Below are positions 42,292 through 56,614 of a DNA stretch of 64,000 nucleotides, one piece after another. Every line of letters starts with the position of its first letter. Position 1 is the first letter of the stretch. A model generated the notes under the pieces. It had not been told where the DNA came from, searched no databases, and worked only from the letters and a program-made list of their open reading frames with translations. The position numbers and the translations under genes are program-made. The stretch is from the human T2T-CHM13v2.0 reference genome, Homo sapiens. The stretch lies in NCBI RefSeq assembly GCF_009914755.1, contig NC_060926.1. One strand, given 5' to 3'.

Positions 42292-43009
42292 GAATGATAG
42301 GATATAAGATAGGTAAGGCTGCATGTTATTTTCATTTGGTTAAAATCACCGAGTATGTACTCAGAACAGCATAACTTAATACAGATTCAGCACTAGAAAT
42401 CCCTTCCCTTCTTCCAAAGTGTGATGTTCTTTCTATTAACATTAAACGTTTCTTTCAGAGTATATGGAGACTCAATCCTGGTAGAATAGACAATAGCAAA
42501 AATTGAAATGTTCTAAATGTGATCATCATTGCCATTGAGGTATATTTTTTCCTGCATAATAAATATTGTTCTTCCTTATTTCTGAACATTTTATATATGT
42601 TGCTCCTAATGGGAAAGTCTGTAGTGCATGGAGAGAAATGGCTGTTAGCTCTTCCAGGCAAAAATCAAGTTTCATTCACTACTTTTTGCAGGCATGAATT
42701 CTCTTTTGTAAGGAATTATTTTGGATAACCTGAAAATATAAAACACACAAAATGGGGCTTCATGATAAGTGTGAAAATTATCAGAAAAAGTGTGCCTAAG
42801 ATAATTTCATCACAAAAATATTCCATCTGTACTCAAGTCAATAATGACAAAATAATTAAAAGTAATTTAGACATAGGCATGTGAGAAAGCAACCCATCTC
42901 TTCCCTGTTACTGTTTCAGGAAGCTGATGGTATACTGACATTACCAAACGGTGAGGATCGGAATTCGCTAGGCTCACTCTTTGTCATGGCATGTACCTGA
43001 GGGTAAAGA

Positions 43010-43270
43010 ACGCTGTGAGGCTTAGAAGTAGGCACACAAGAACCAGACTGCCTTGGTTTAAACCTCAGTTCAACTTCTGGCTTGAATTCGAACTTACTTA
43101 GCAATGTGTTCTTAAATAGGCTACTTAACCTCTCTGAGTTTCAGGTTTTTCTTTGAAAATGCGAATTATAATATTTCTAAGTTCCCATGCCTGCAGTATG
43201 AATTAAATAACATAATGTATCAGAAGCACTTAGCACAATTCCAGGCATGTGATAAGTTCATAGTATGTGC
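43010..43270 (+). mobile_element. MIR (near full length)
   Basis: CCAGACTGCCTTGGTTTAAACCTCAG...TACTTAACCTCTCTGAG...AGCACTTAGCACA. Confidence 0.75.
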
Positions 43271-44296
43271 TGGTTTTAATGTAACACTGAGGAAAGGCAA
43301 GATCTAAGTAACCTAGTCTGGAAAGTTTTGAGGATTCACTGGGCTCAGAGGAAGCCCAGTTCTAAAAGACAAGAAAAGAACTAGAGAGATCTTTTAGGAT
43401 GAAAATGGGAACTAGGAGATGTAGCCAGAGATGGGCTTAGAGCAGGGAGCAGAGGCACCTTCAACTGCCTGAGAGGGGCACTAAGGCAAGGTCAAGAGGG
43501 AGAGGCTGCCACCTCCAAGGACCCACATGCCCTGGTTATGGCCAAGTTTCTGCTCCACAGTGGACACACCTTCAAACTTTTCTAGTGAATGTGCCATAGA
43601 CAGACTGAATCAGACAGGAAGGCAAGGAATGGTGCCCGATAACTTGTTCCAGGCAGGCAAGTCAATGTGCACAGTGAGTTCAGCTGATAAGAATTTATTA
43701 TGGAGAATTTACCCATAGCCCACTTCTCTGAAAGGATTTAAGATGACACATCATAAGCTTTAAAAAACAAATTTTTAGAAAGGGACTGAAGGAAAGGGGA
43801 AATTGGAGTATAGAAAACCAGAGTAAGCTCTAACATTTGTTACACTGAGTGCAAAATTTGTCTATGAGCTTCTCGATAGCCAAAGTAAAAAGTGTAGCCA
43901 GTCACGTGTTAAGAAAGGTGATAGCACATTCTTCCAGGAAGCCAAAATATTTTGACATTAAATTCTGGAAGCTATGCCTTACATAAGGAAATCTATGGGG
44001 CTACTTCTCATTGATATATGACAAGAAATCTGTCCTCTGTAAAGTTTCTTTTAAACTTTCCAAACATCTCAACCAAACTAAGGAGGTAAGAGAACTATTA
44101 ATCCCAAATCCAGAAAAGAAAAGTAGAGAATGTCCCAAGAAGCAGCTAGAGAAAGATAGGAGGGAGGAATGGGGAGCTGGTGAAGATAGATTCAGGCTGC
44201 TACAGAATTAGAGGCAGCTTTGACTGTTGATCTCTCCTGGCCTGTTTCTTACAACAGCAATGGAACTAAGAAAAGTCTGAAGAAATGCATACATGA

Positions 44297-44710
<414 letters not shown>

Positions 44711-45644
44711 CTAATTGTATAATTTTTGATAATGAAAAATATCTAAAGAGTATCTATCATAAGCTAGTAGGGAAAAGAACTGCTTAATGTTTTTCAAGAG
44801 GTTGTATTTACATATAACCGGATAATGCACAGCAAATTTCCACTGTACCACTGGATTTACCTCTTAAATTTTGGTTATAAATATCAAGACTCCACTCTGA
44901 CTTCCCCATCTCCGTACTTGGTGCTTGAGTTCAGGTTCCCAGCATTTCTGTTCAGATCTACAACAGTAGTCCCCAGTCTTCAACCTGCTGGTTCAAATCT
45001 CTGGCCTTCCTACTATCCTTCAGAGACACAAATCTTGTCATGTTGTTCCTGAGCTTAAAGTCCTGCAGGCAGCATTTCTCAGAGAGGCAAAGAAAGCTCT
45101 GCATGACTTGGGCTTTGGCCCCTTTCCCAAATAAGACTTTAGGTTCTGTCTTGCTGCGGTTCCCCAACCTGCCCCCTTTAGCCCAGCTACTTGGAACCCC
45201 TTGCAATACTCCTTGTGGACGATGGCTTCTAATGTCACTATGTCCTCCCTGCACATGCCTGGAAGGCCTTCCTGCAGGGCTTTCTTGTCAACTGGCATTT
45301 ATCCTTCAAGACTCGAGATTTCAACACCACCTCTTCTCTAAGAGTCTCTGACACTTTCCAAGCTCCTGGATCCAACTTTCTAATAGTAGTCATATAGTAT
45401 TATAAACAAATATGAGACTGTGCATTTGAATTGAGCTTTCAGTTCATTGTGAAGAGACAGGGTATAAATACTGAATATTTCTAATATAGCTCTCCTAATC
45501 ATGGGTGTCAGAGCTTATTAGCTGTTCCAAGTCCTCAGGTAACTTGACATAGCCAAGAGGACTTATTCTGTAAGGATCAGAGGAAGTATCAGCAGCGTTT
45601 CCAGTCTGGTCATTTCTTGGTATGTTTGATACTTCAAAGAGATT

Positions 45645-45801
45645 AATTGCAGCTATGTGACATTGGGCAGGTTGTTAACCTCTTAAGCCTGTTTCCCCTT
45701 TTGTAAAATGGGGATAATTAGAGTACCTTCCTCATAGGATTGTGAGGATTAAACTATCTAACATCTACAAAGTTCTTAAAACAATGCAGGCACATAGTAA
45801 G
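45645..45801 (+). mobile_element. MIR (host of the MLT1A LTR)
   Basis: AGCTATGTGACATTGGGCAGGTTGTTAACCTC...TGTAAAATGGGGATAAT. Confidence 0.75.
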
Positions 45802-46246
45802 AGCTACGGACTGAATTATGTCTCACCAAAATTCTGATGTTGATGCCCTAACTCCCAATGTTGACTGAATTTGGAGATATGGCCTATTAGGAAATAAGAA
45901 AGGTTAAGTGAGGTTATAAGGGTGCCACCTAGATCTCATGGGATTAGTATCCTTAGAAGAGACCATTTTTTTTCTCTCTCTCCTCACCTCCCTCCCTCTC
46001 TTTTTTCTCTCTCCCTCCTTCCATCTCTCTCTCTCACATACACGTCTCTCTCTCTCTCCTTCCCTCCCTCCCTCTCCATGTGAAGACACAGGGAGAAGGC
46101 TGTCATCTATAAGCCAAGAAAAGAGCCCTCACCAGAAACCAAATCAGCTGGCACTTTGATCTCCAGAATTGTGAGAACTAAGTTTCTGTTGTTTAAGCCA
46201 CCCCGTCCGTGGTATTTAGTTATCGCAGCCTGAGCAGACTAAGGCA
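45802..46246 (+). mobile_element. MLT1A-type solo LTR with internal CT-rich expansion
   Basis: GCTACGGACTGAATTATGTC...GCAGCCTGAGCAGACTAAGGCA; perfect 5-bp TSD GTAAG. Confidence 0.88.
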
Positions 46247-47046
46247 GTAAGCACTGGCAAATCTAGTCACTGTTGTTGTTTTTTTTTTATTCACTATCAT
46301 ATGTCTCCCACCAAAAGTGTCTCAAGCTCTTCTAATGGTCTTTGGGTGTTTTTTCTTTGCTTAGAAAACTATCAAAGCAAAAAAAAAAAAAAAGAAGTCA
46401 ATCAGGCCTTTTTATTGCTATGGTTTCAAAGCGAAATTTAACACTGGGGTTTCTAATAGTGGAAATGACCATATGCAGAGCAGCCCGTGTCATGCTTCTT
46501 TCTTGAGGTTTCCAGCTTGAGACCATCAGGCGGGTGATGAAGGTTTTGGTTTCCTGTGCAGAGCAAAGTGCCCCAGCTGACGGCAGACTATTCTTTCAAT
46601 TTTGAATAAAATGAGTGGAAGATATCTGAGAAATTCTGCTCTTTCTGCTTGAGTGAATACCTGTCATGCTTCTTACATCTACTGAAGCAATTAACACACA
46701 CAAAGCTATATTTGCTAAGCCAGTGCTCCCCAACGGGGGTGTTAGCTTATACCGGTGAATAGCAAAGACCTCTCTGAATTTTTCAGCAAGTTAGCTTTTC
46801 CCTGAGCTCCTGTTCAGACAGCCACGGGGCAACTCCTGCATATCTGCTTGGCACCCTCCTCCCTGCTCTCTTCTCTTTCATGTTTACTTTCCCCACAGTT
46901 GGAGCTTCCGGTTTTCACCTGTAGACCCAACCAGACCTTGGCTCTGCTACAGATTTTATCCCCTACCCCACGCCCAACAGAGGCTTTGAGTAGCCCAGGG
47001 GCTCCCAACCCTGGCTGTGCATTAGCATCACCTGATGGAGCCTCTA

Positions 47047-47295
47047 TTTTTTTTGAAACAGGGTCTTGCTTGCTCTGTCACCCAGGCTGTAGTGCAGTGG
47101 CTCGATCTTGGCTCACTGCAGCTTCTACCTCCCAGGCTCAAGCAGGCCTCCCACCCCAGGCTCTGGGGTAGCTGGGACTACAGGTACACACCACCAGGGG
47201 CAGTTAATTTTTGTATTTTTTGTAGAGACAGGGTTTCACCTGTTGCCCAGGCTTGTCTTGAACTCCTGGGCTCAAGTGATCCACCTCCCAAAGTG
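47047..47295 (-). mobile_element. AluJ-like (5' end deleted) inserted in a MER5-like element (~46996-47420)
   Basis: GAACTCCTGGGCTCAAGTGATCC; flanks CAGGGGCTCCCAACCCTGGCTGTGCATTAGCATCACCTG and GAGCTTTAAAAAA. Confidence 0.85.
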
Positions 47296-48954
47296 ATCTG
47301 GTAGAGCTTTAAAAAAACCACTGAAGCCTAGGACCAACTCCATGACAATTATAGGAGAATCCAGTGGCTGAACATGGACAGTGATGACTCAAATATGTGG
47401 ACCAAAGTTTTAATCTCCAGGAGCAGGCCGAGTTCAGAAGCTCAGCTTCACTCTGATCTTGCATTCCAGTTCTGCTCTGGAACCTCATCTTGTTTCCCAG
47501 TTTGAGTAACTGCTTCTTAGTCTCATACCTCTGTGCCTGATTTATCAGCCTGCTAACCAGGATTTTGTTCCCAGTTCTTTTGGAATGGGCCCTTTCTTAT
47601 TATTCTTACCAGCCATCAGTCTCCCCCTCTCCAGGACCAACAGGGTGTTCTTGAACCCCCGTCCTTATTGAGATAATGTCCAGCTGCCAAATCTTTCTTG
47701 GCAGGCCCTAGGCCTGCCTGCGGGCTTAGCCACAGCTGCTTTCCCTGGGTGCCTGCTGTTCCCCTCGCCTCCACCCCCACTGATTCAGCAGCAGAGTTTT
47801 CTCTCTCTGGCTGGACTGCTGTAATGCAGGCTGCTTGCCTGGGCCCTCCAGGGTCACCCGCCACCTATTATCTGGACACCATACTGTGTCTACACCCGAT
47901 GGAGTTCCTTCTATTAGCTGTGGGTTTTCCTATCACTAACCTGAGTGCATTCAAAGAATTGTCTTTTATTCTGAGATTATGTTATTCCTCACTTTTTGGT
48001 GTTATAATGTCCTTTCTTTTAAGAAATCATAGCCATAGTAGAGGACAACTGCGTCTTGACAAAAGAAAAAAAAAATTTAAGTGAGGAATCCTATGACTGC
48101 TCAAGGTTTTTTTGTTTTGTTTTGTTTTGTTTATTTTTCATGTATTGGACCAAAAAATCCCCAGACTTGAGAACCATTGGACTAGATGATCTGAAGCTAT
48201 CTCCACCTCCAAATGGGAGTTCAAGCGTGACGGACAGGTCTTGTTTCAAGATCTCCAGATCTCTCTCTGCTTATCAAGGTCAGTGCCCTTTTACTGACAC
48301 ACAAGCTCCTGAACTTCCCTTTCTCAGACTACACCTCCCTGAATTACAACTCCTTTTGTAGGTTGTCTTGGATAAAGTTCTCATTTCAACAAGCAACCTA
48401 AGAGCAAAAAATATTATCAATGATCTCCAAGGGGCCACAGATTTTATGGCTAAGAGGCACTTGATATCATCTAGCTCTGTGAGTCCCAAGTCTGGGGATT
48501 TTATGGTCCAGTAAGTTAAAAAAACAAACAACTTTGGGGTAATTATAAGGTTGCTTGCTTTCTGTATCTTGGCAAGATGCAGTTGCCATCAACTATTGCC
48601 ATCATCTCTTTTTTTAAGAAAGGGCATTATAACACCAAAAATCAGGATGGACATAATCTCAGATTAAAGACTATCCTTTGAATGTAATTAGTTTAGTGTT
48701 GTAAAAAAACTGCCTATACTGTTCATAGTTTACTTAGTTTGATGTACACCAGTGAAAACTTGGTCAGAGACTAGCATTAGTTCCCAGAAAGGTGATTGAG
48801 AACATAAATTTAGTTCAACTCCTACATTTTACTGGTTGAGAAACTGAGACAAATAATTTTCCCTAGGTCACCCAGAGGTCAGCAGCAGAATCTGGACTAA
48901 AACCCAGCTCTCTTGACTGCCAAACTAGGCTGGGCCAATGTCCATGTACTCTGA

Positions 48955-49452
<498 letters not shown>

Positions 49453-50817
49453 TAGAGTCTACCCTGCCACTGGCCCCTACTCTCTGGTGCTAGCAAAACT
49501 GTCCCTCTGACACCTCTCATGCCCTGCTACTTCAGTTAAAACAACAGATGCGAATAAGAAAAAAAAAATGATCATGACAGTTTTCATTCACTAACTGACC
49601 ACTAAGTGCCAGGCACTGTGCTAGGCATATTACAAATGCTAGTTCAAAACTTTTACTAAGCCGGAAAGGTCATTAGTAGTGTCTCAATTTGTCAGGTTAG
49701 AAAAATGAAGCACGAAGCTCACTTAACCCCAATTGTGTGATAGTAAAATGTCAGAGCCCTGATTTAAAACCCACTCGGCTGTGTTCCAAAGTCCTCTCTT
49801 CTTTGCATCACTTCCCCCCTCAGAACAGATGTAGACAACCTGAATCAAAGATGCAGGTCTAGATTTAAAAAATACAGAATCACAGGCACACTTCTAGATC
49901 TTTGACTTTTTGCCTTTCCTCTTGTTGTTGTTAATATAGAGCACCAAACAACCACACCCATAATTCCTGTCCCATGATTGTAAGTGTATCTTGAAGATCC
50001 AACAAGATGCAGCTTACCACTTAAAACTAGCCCTCACAGTGCACTTGATAAATTAAATAAGTAGCTAAGGAAACCAAATCTGTGTTTGAACTTAATGATC
50101 TCAGTGACCTCTGAAGGTTCCCATGGATAATCCCAGAATTGCTCTAATCTGCATTTGTGTACATTGATTAGTACTTGTTATCTGAGCTAGTCCAGCCAAC
50201 ACAGCATAATCACTACAAAATGAGTTCTAGGACATGCTTTAATTCCCAGGTTATCTTATTATCCAGAGGTATTGGCCCTTATTATTGTTATTCTGGGGAG
50301 TCAGTGTCAAGAAACAGGGAATAATTTGACAATCTTGGGAAGAAAGATTGAAAACTGGGCTGGCATAAAAACCATTGAAATTTCTTGATTCAAATTTGTA
50401 TAGAAATTATTCTGCTGGATCAGGAAAGAGGCACAAAAAGAGATCCATATGGAATCCCAATTCGAATGTAAACCAAAAAACATACCACTATCTATTTACA
50501 TAAATGAACTTCCCTTTCTCAGAACTTCCCTTTCTCTCAACTCTTCCCTCCTCAGAAAGGGAAGTTACATTTATGTAGGCATGGGTGCATAATTTCTTTA
50601 AGGGAAAGGACTCTGTCTTATTTATATTTGCTTCCTAGCACATCTAGCAAGTTTTCAATAAATGTTTATAAAATTAAATGAAATATTTCTGAGAAAAAGT
50701 AAGTAGCATAGAAAGGTAATTGACAAATATCATATAGAAACCAAAGTATTTATTGAACACTCATGAAGTTTGTAATCAGAGGATTGTGACTGGGGAAACC
50801 AGTTTGATATCATCTCA

Positions 50818-51256
50818 TGTATTAGTCTTCCTAGGGCTGCTGTAACAAATTACCAAGAAATGGGTGGCTTAAAACAATGGAAATTTATTCCCTCACACTT
50901 TTGAATTCAGAGTTGGAAATCAAGACATGAGCATGTCGCACCCCCTCCAGAGGCTGTAGAGGAAATTTGTTCCCTGCCTTTTCTAGCTTCTGGTGGTTGT
51001 TAGCATTCCTTGACTTGTGGCCACTCTCTTCCATTTTTGCCTTCATCTTCATGTGGCCTGCTCTTCTCCTCCATGTCTTCTCTCCTCACTCCACCTGGAT
51101 AATCCAGGATGCTCTCCCATCTTGAGATCTTTAATTTAATTATATCTGCAAAAGTCCTTTTCCTAAGTAAGGTCACATTTACTGTTTCCAGGATGTGAAC
51201 ATACCTTTGGTGGCGGGGGCGCGGTGGGGGGCGGTCCACCATCCCAACCACTGCAC
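50818..51256 (-). mobile_element. MLT1C-like LTR
   Basis: TGTATTAGTCTTCCTAGGGCTGCTGTAACAAATTACCA...GGATAATCCAGGAT...ATCTGCAAAAGTCC. Confidence 0.88.
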
Positions 51257-54200
51257 CTACTATGATGCCAAACTTTATACGGAACCTGAAAGCCAGGTTC
51301 CAGCATTGACTTGGCTGTGTATTACTGAAGTATAGAGAAAAAAATATTGCAGCTGGAGAGAAGAGGTGAGCATAAAGGGGATAATATTTGAAAAACTGTT
51401 AAGTTTACTATTCCTCTTCCCTTAAGTTGTGCTCTCAACCACTGTTTCACAGACCCAGGGATGAAAGGAAAGGAGATGACACACTGAGAAGGATGATTAA
51501 CTATAACAAAGGAGAAGTCCCACGCCAGGAAGTGGGAATAAATGGCCCTCATCTTTCAGGCTTTGGGGGCTTGTTGAGAAAGAGGCTAGAGGTGAGAGCA
51601 TAAGCTGTGTATCTTCCCCTGCTCTGTGCTGAAGTCCTGGAGGGAAGAAGCATGCTAGGAAGGTCTGGGGAAGCCAAGAGCAGAGAGGGTTTTCTCAGCA
51701 ACTTAAGTGAGAATTGGGAAGGCAATAGCCTCACAGGTTGGAACCTTCGAACAACCAGAGCTGCCACGAGGCCAAGCAAAGAAAATGCCCAAGCTAACAC
51801 TCCTAAGCTGCGGGGCCGTGGGGAGCCCAACAAGATCTCTTCCACTCCACAAGAGTTCATGTGCCAATAGCAGGGATCCAACCTAATGGATCCCCAAAGT
51901 GGAGGCAGAGGAGCCCTGAAGGCACAGTCTCGAAGGCAGGCTGCCTGGGCTGGGAATAAATGGGACCCAGAGCCAGACTTCAGGGGGCATGGACAGATCT
52001 GCAAGAACCAAGGCAGAGCCAACTCACCAGACACAGATGGAGCCAGGAGCACAGGCCACAAGCCATGACCAGCCATACAAGTCAATATCAGATGCCCCTA
52101 GGGGCTTGGAGGACACGAGATACCCATTTCTCAGAAACTAGAGGACAGTACAAAGGCAGGCACCTGTCATCCCAGGACCCTTTTGCCCAGCCCCAAAAGT
52201 TTGTGTCAATCTTCCCCTCCAGACATCCCCAGAGCTGTACTGGAAAGGCACAGGAGAGTAGAAAATCAAAGTCGGCCATACCTAAATCATCTATTGACAT
52301 TGTCGGTTGAGACTAAATTTAACAATTTGCACTTAATTAGGTGTCCCCCACATTCACCTTGCCCTGGCTACACAGCAGGTTTGGAGTGCACAAAGAAGTT
52401 TCCATCAGTCATGGAAAATGGAAAAGCGGAATTTTCTTTGCACACTTGTGAGGGTTGGTTGCCATGCAAACATATACAACCAAAAAATGAGTTGAACTTT
52501 ACATCTTAAATGTTAGAAAAAATTATCTTGCAGCATTCAGACTGGACATCAGTAGTTTAAGATCATTAGTACAGTACTGCATAGCCTAATCCTCCACACT
52601 GGGAAGATCGAACACTAGAACCTTGCAGAATTGGAAAGGCATCTTTTGTCTTACTGCCAGAAGGTATGTCCCCAAACCATCCTCCACTTTACTTCATTTT
52701 CTACTTCATTCCATTCATTATATACGTATTTACAGAGGTCCTTCTTAGCATCAGGCAATGTGTTAGGTCCTGGGATAGAGAGAGGAATGAACTAGGGGCT
52801 CTGCTCAAAGAATGCAACTATTCACAGCCCTAAATACACAGGCCAAAGTCTTGGTAAACTAACAATACCTCTGAAAATCCAATCATACTTTCTTATTTGT
52901 TAGATAATTGTTATGTAATCAAATATTTAATAAGGCCCTTTGATTCTGTGTAGAGTCTGTCTGAACCCAACATTTACACTTTTGACTATTTTCTTGACAA
53001 TATTCTATGGTCTATTTATTTACAGAGAAACTGCCTTCATTTATAACAGACAGAATATTTAGGTCATGCCAAGCATTTTTATTTTTTCTTCGTCTGATTA
53101 CTAAAAAAAGGATTGTACTGAACAGGAAATAGCTACATAAATAATGCACTGAAACTTCTTGCAGGACAACCATTTTTGGAATTATTCAGGCTTTGAAGTG
53201 TTATATTTCAGACAATGGTGAATGAGTTCTTAGTGCCATGTTCAATAATTATTTAGATATTAATTTCTCCTTCATATGAGTGGGTGTTATCCTGCTAAAT
53301 CCATACTTAACATTCTGAGTAGTTACTCCCTCAATGATGAAGACATTATTAATGATCCATTTTAATAAAGTTAATCATAATTTCCCATTCATTTTTCCCA
53401 TGCTGCCTTGAAGTCACATTAAAGCAAAGCGTGGGAAGAAAGATGAAGGACAATGTGAAGACATGGTTTGCAAAGAACAGTGGCCTTGTCTGAGAAGGAA
53501 AAAGAGATACTGCTTTGTAAATAAAGTAAACTTTATTTACTGCTTCTCTCCTGCCTTTTCCATGTTTAAACCAAAAACCACCACTTTCAAACTTCTTTCT
53601 AGAATAATGCCAATCCTTCTATACCTCCAACCCAGAAGACTCACAAGCGACACGGATTTTTGTGCGAGTACAGTTATGGCCCATCATTATTAAATGTCTC
53701 TTGTTGGGCGGAAGAGGCACTTCATCACCAGCAGCCATTCATCAGCACTTGCCGAACCGCTCACATCTGACCTCAGCAGCAATAATGCCACATCAAATAG
53801 GCCAACTACCCAGTTTAGCAGCAGAGCAGAGAGCACAAGCTGGCTTCAAGATTAAGTACACTGCTGCAGGCTTCCATTCCCAGGAGCTCCTTGTGCTGAT
53901 GTTGTATTGATTGAAAAACTTTACCAGTAAGTATCACAAACAATAGGCAGGTCAACAATCGGTGATGCCTGAATATGAATTCCCCATGGGGCTGCACTCT
54001 GGGCCAAGGTGCAGCTATCACGGTGTCTGAGCACAGGTTGAATAAGGTTTCCCAGGAAGGAAAGAGTGAGAACTTACAGTCTGAAATGACATTTAAGCAA
54101 GTCCATATGGGAACAGAATGAGAGACAATGATGTAATTATCTATTCCCCAGCTTCTAACTGCCTCAAAAACCTGTCATCTCTCAGTGTTTACATGTTCTC

Positions 54201-54829
54201 CAAGTCTTCTACTTCTGGCTTTTAATGCTTTTTGGGGTCTACTAAGCCCAATATGCAAACCCAGGTAGTGTTCAGATTAAACAAAAAAATAAATATTGCC
54301 ATATAGCAATATCCATCCCATTTTCATTTGAGAAATCAGAAGAGAACTTTTTGGTATATATTCCCCTACCTTCTAAAAAATGCATTTAATTTTACTTCTT
54401 ATCAGGTGAGCACCAAATAAGAGAATGGGCATATATCTTTCAAGCATATTTTTATATACAAATTGTATTTTTTGACAAGGTAATTCTTGTGAAAATGGTC
54501 CTTATGATTGGGAGAAGTGTTTGCAGCAAGGTAATTGCACATAACATCCACTGCAGGCAGTAATATTCAGACTCGTAGAGGGGAGTGGTATGGTTCCTGG
54601 GTGCTAAAGTGTGCACACACATACGTATGCATGTGTGTGCACATACACTCCCACCCATTGTATATGACCGTTCTCACATTCTCATATTCCAATGCATGCA
54701 GGATGAGATGCTGCTGTGTACACAAACAGATTCTATTTTTTCAGGAAAAAGGTGATGCTATTCCCCTTTCAGTGTTTCTGCTAAAGTTTCTCTGACCTCC
54801 TTTCTCACCCACTGGAAGAAAGGGTTGAT

Positions 54830-55030
54830 CACTCTCAGCTCTGAACCCTTTCTGTCCTTTATACACACTTTATTATTGTACTAATGGTAGTTATATGTAT
54901 GCTAATCTGTCTTCCCTTCTAGACTATGAACTCCTCAAGAGAAAATATTTTATATTATTAATTTGTGCCTTCCTAGGGCTCAGGGCAGGGCCCTGCACAT
55001 AGTAGGTGCTCTGGAAATCTGTTCCAAACT
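54830..55030 (+). mobile_element. L2 3' end
   Basis: CTAGACTATGAACTCCTCAAG...GCACATAGTAGGTGCTC. Confidence 0.7.
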
Positions 55031-55719
55031 CAACAATTGAATTGGACATGGACGATACAGCTAGTTTTTCATCCAGTATTTAATTTATTTTTCCCCTTAA
55101 GTAGGTTTTTTTAAAGGCAGCAATCTGCCTACCTAAAAACAAAAAAGCCCACTACTTTACTTCTTGTCAGATATAAAGTTTAGAGGCTGGGTCTATCTGG
55201 AAAGCTCTTACTTTCCTGATTAGAACAAGCTTATTGGACATCCACTTCCCGCACTTCACCCTTGACTCTTCTTCCATCATGAGCTGAAAATGTGGGGCTG
55301 GAAGTGAAGTAACCAGCCTCAATATTATGATCTAGATAGGTAATGTGACATTATATTAAGGTTTACCAAATATCAAAAATTGTCTTATGTAAAAGATCTA
55401 AGTGGAGAATAAAAACCAAGGGCAAAAAGACCCTTGCTTCTGAAGTTATTTTTGACACTTGCTTTTGGTGGTAAATGGCCATTCTCCACTGAGTGCCTTG
55501 ACAACACTGACTATATTTTGTAGTGGCAGTTGCCAGTTGAATGACTGGCAACCTTTTCCCCTCCGGTCCTACAACTATCATATCTGTCTCATGGAGATTT
55601 ATTTTATAGTCACTGAACATCATAGATCCCATTTTTGGCAATGACAGGAAGACAAACCTCAAGAGGCCCCAACTCTAGGAGATAATCTTTCTGTCATTAT
55701 ACCAATTCTGTTGCCCTGT

Positions 55720-56614
55720 GCTATGACAGGGATTGCGTATTGCCCCTCAATATCTGTACTCTCCTTTCTCCCTTTCTAGTAATAGAACACATCAAGTTTC
55801 AGCTCAGCACAGGGCAGCCCATAGCTATAGGCTATATTTCTCTATATATATATATAGCTAGACACTATATTTCCTATATTCCCTTGCAACTAGGTATGGC
55901 CACATGACTGTGTATTGATCAAAGCAATGTTAGCTGAAGTAATGCAGAGAAAGTCTGAGTCTTTCTATTTAAAGGAAGATGATTGACATTTGCTTCCTCA
56001 TTCCTCATTTCACTGGGCCTGACAAGTGGGTAGAGTAGTGATGAACTATCTTTGACCTTGCTAATCAGAGCAATTGCCTGAAAAAGAGATCAATAAACTA
56101 TGATCTTTGGGCCAAATCGAGCCCACTGTCTGTTTTTACATGGCCTACAAGCCAAGACTGGTTTCTGTATAGGTAAATGGTTTAAAAATAAAAAGATGAA
56201 TAGTTTGTGACCCATGAAAATTATACAACATTCTAATTGCAGTGTCCATAAATAAAGTTTTATTGGAACACAGCCATACTCATTCATTTACATATTGCCC
56301 ATAGCTGCCTTTGTACTCCAACAGCAGAGATGAGTGGTTGCAACAGAGACCATATGGCCCACAAGAGCCTAAGATATTTACTATCTGGCACTACAGGGAA
56401 AAAAATTGCTGACTCTTACTGTAGAGTCATATTGTGGTGCGGCCACAGGATGGATGGCACCAGGGCTCTGACTTCTGAAAGGCAACCACTCCACCTCCCA
56501 GGCTGCCTAGAGGCTCAGTTTGAAGTGAGACAAAAATAAACTTCTACAATGTTTAAAATGGTGTTATTTGGTCTCTGTTAAAGCAGCTGAACCAGACAGA
56601 ATCTTGACTAATAC
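55720..56614 (+). mobile_element. Old MLT1 LTR interrupted by MER58B
   Basis: CCCTTGCAACTAGGTATGGCCACATGACT...AATAAACTTCTA...GACTAATACA. Confidence 0.6.
56082..56418 (+). mobile_element. MER58B (hAT-Charlie)
   Basis: GGGCCAAATC...AATAAAGTTTTATTGGAACACAGCCA...ATATTTACTATCTGGC. Confidence 0.88.

Noticed and set aside
47191-47204. CTCF-like CCACCAGGGGCAG
   Set aside because: One base short of the core spacing and inside a diverged AluJ
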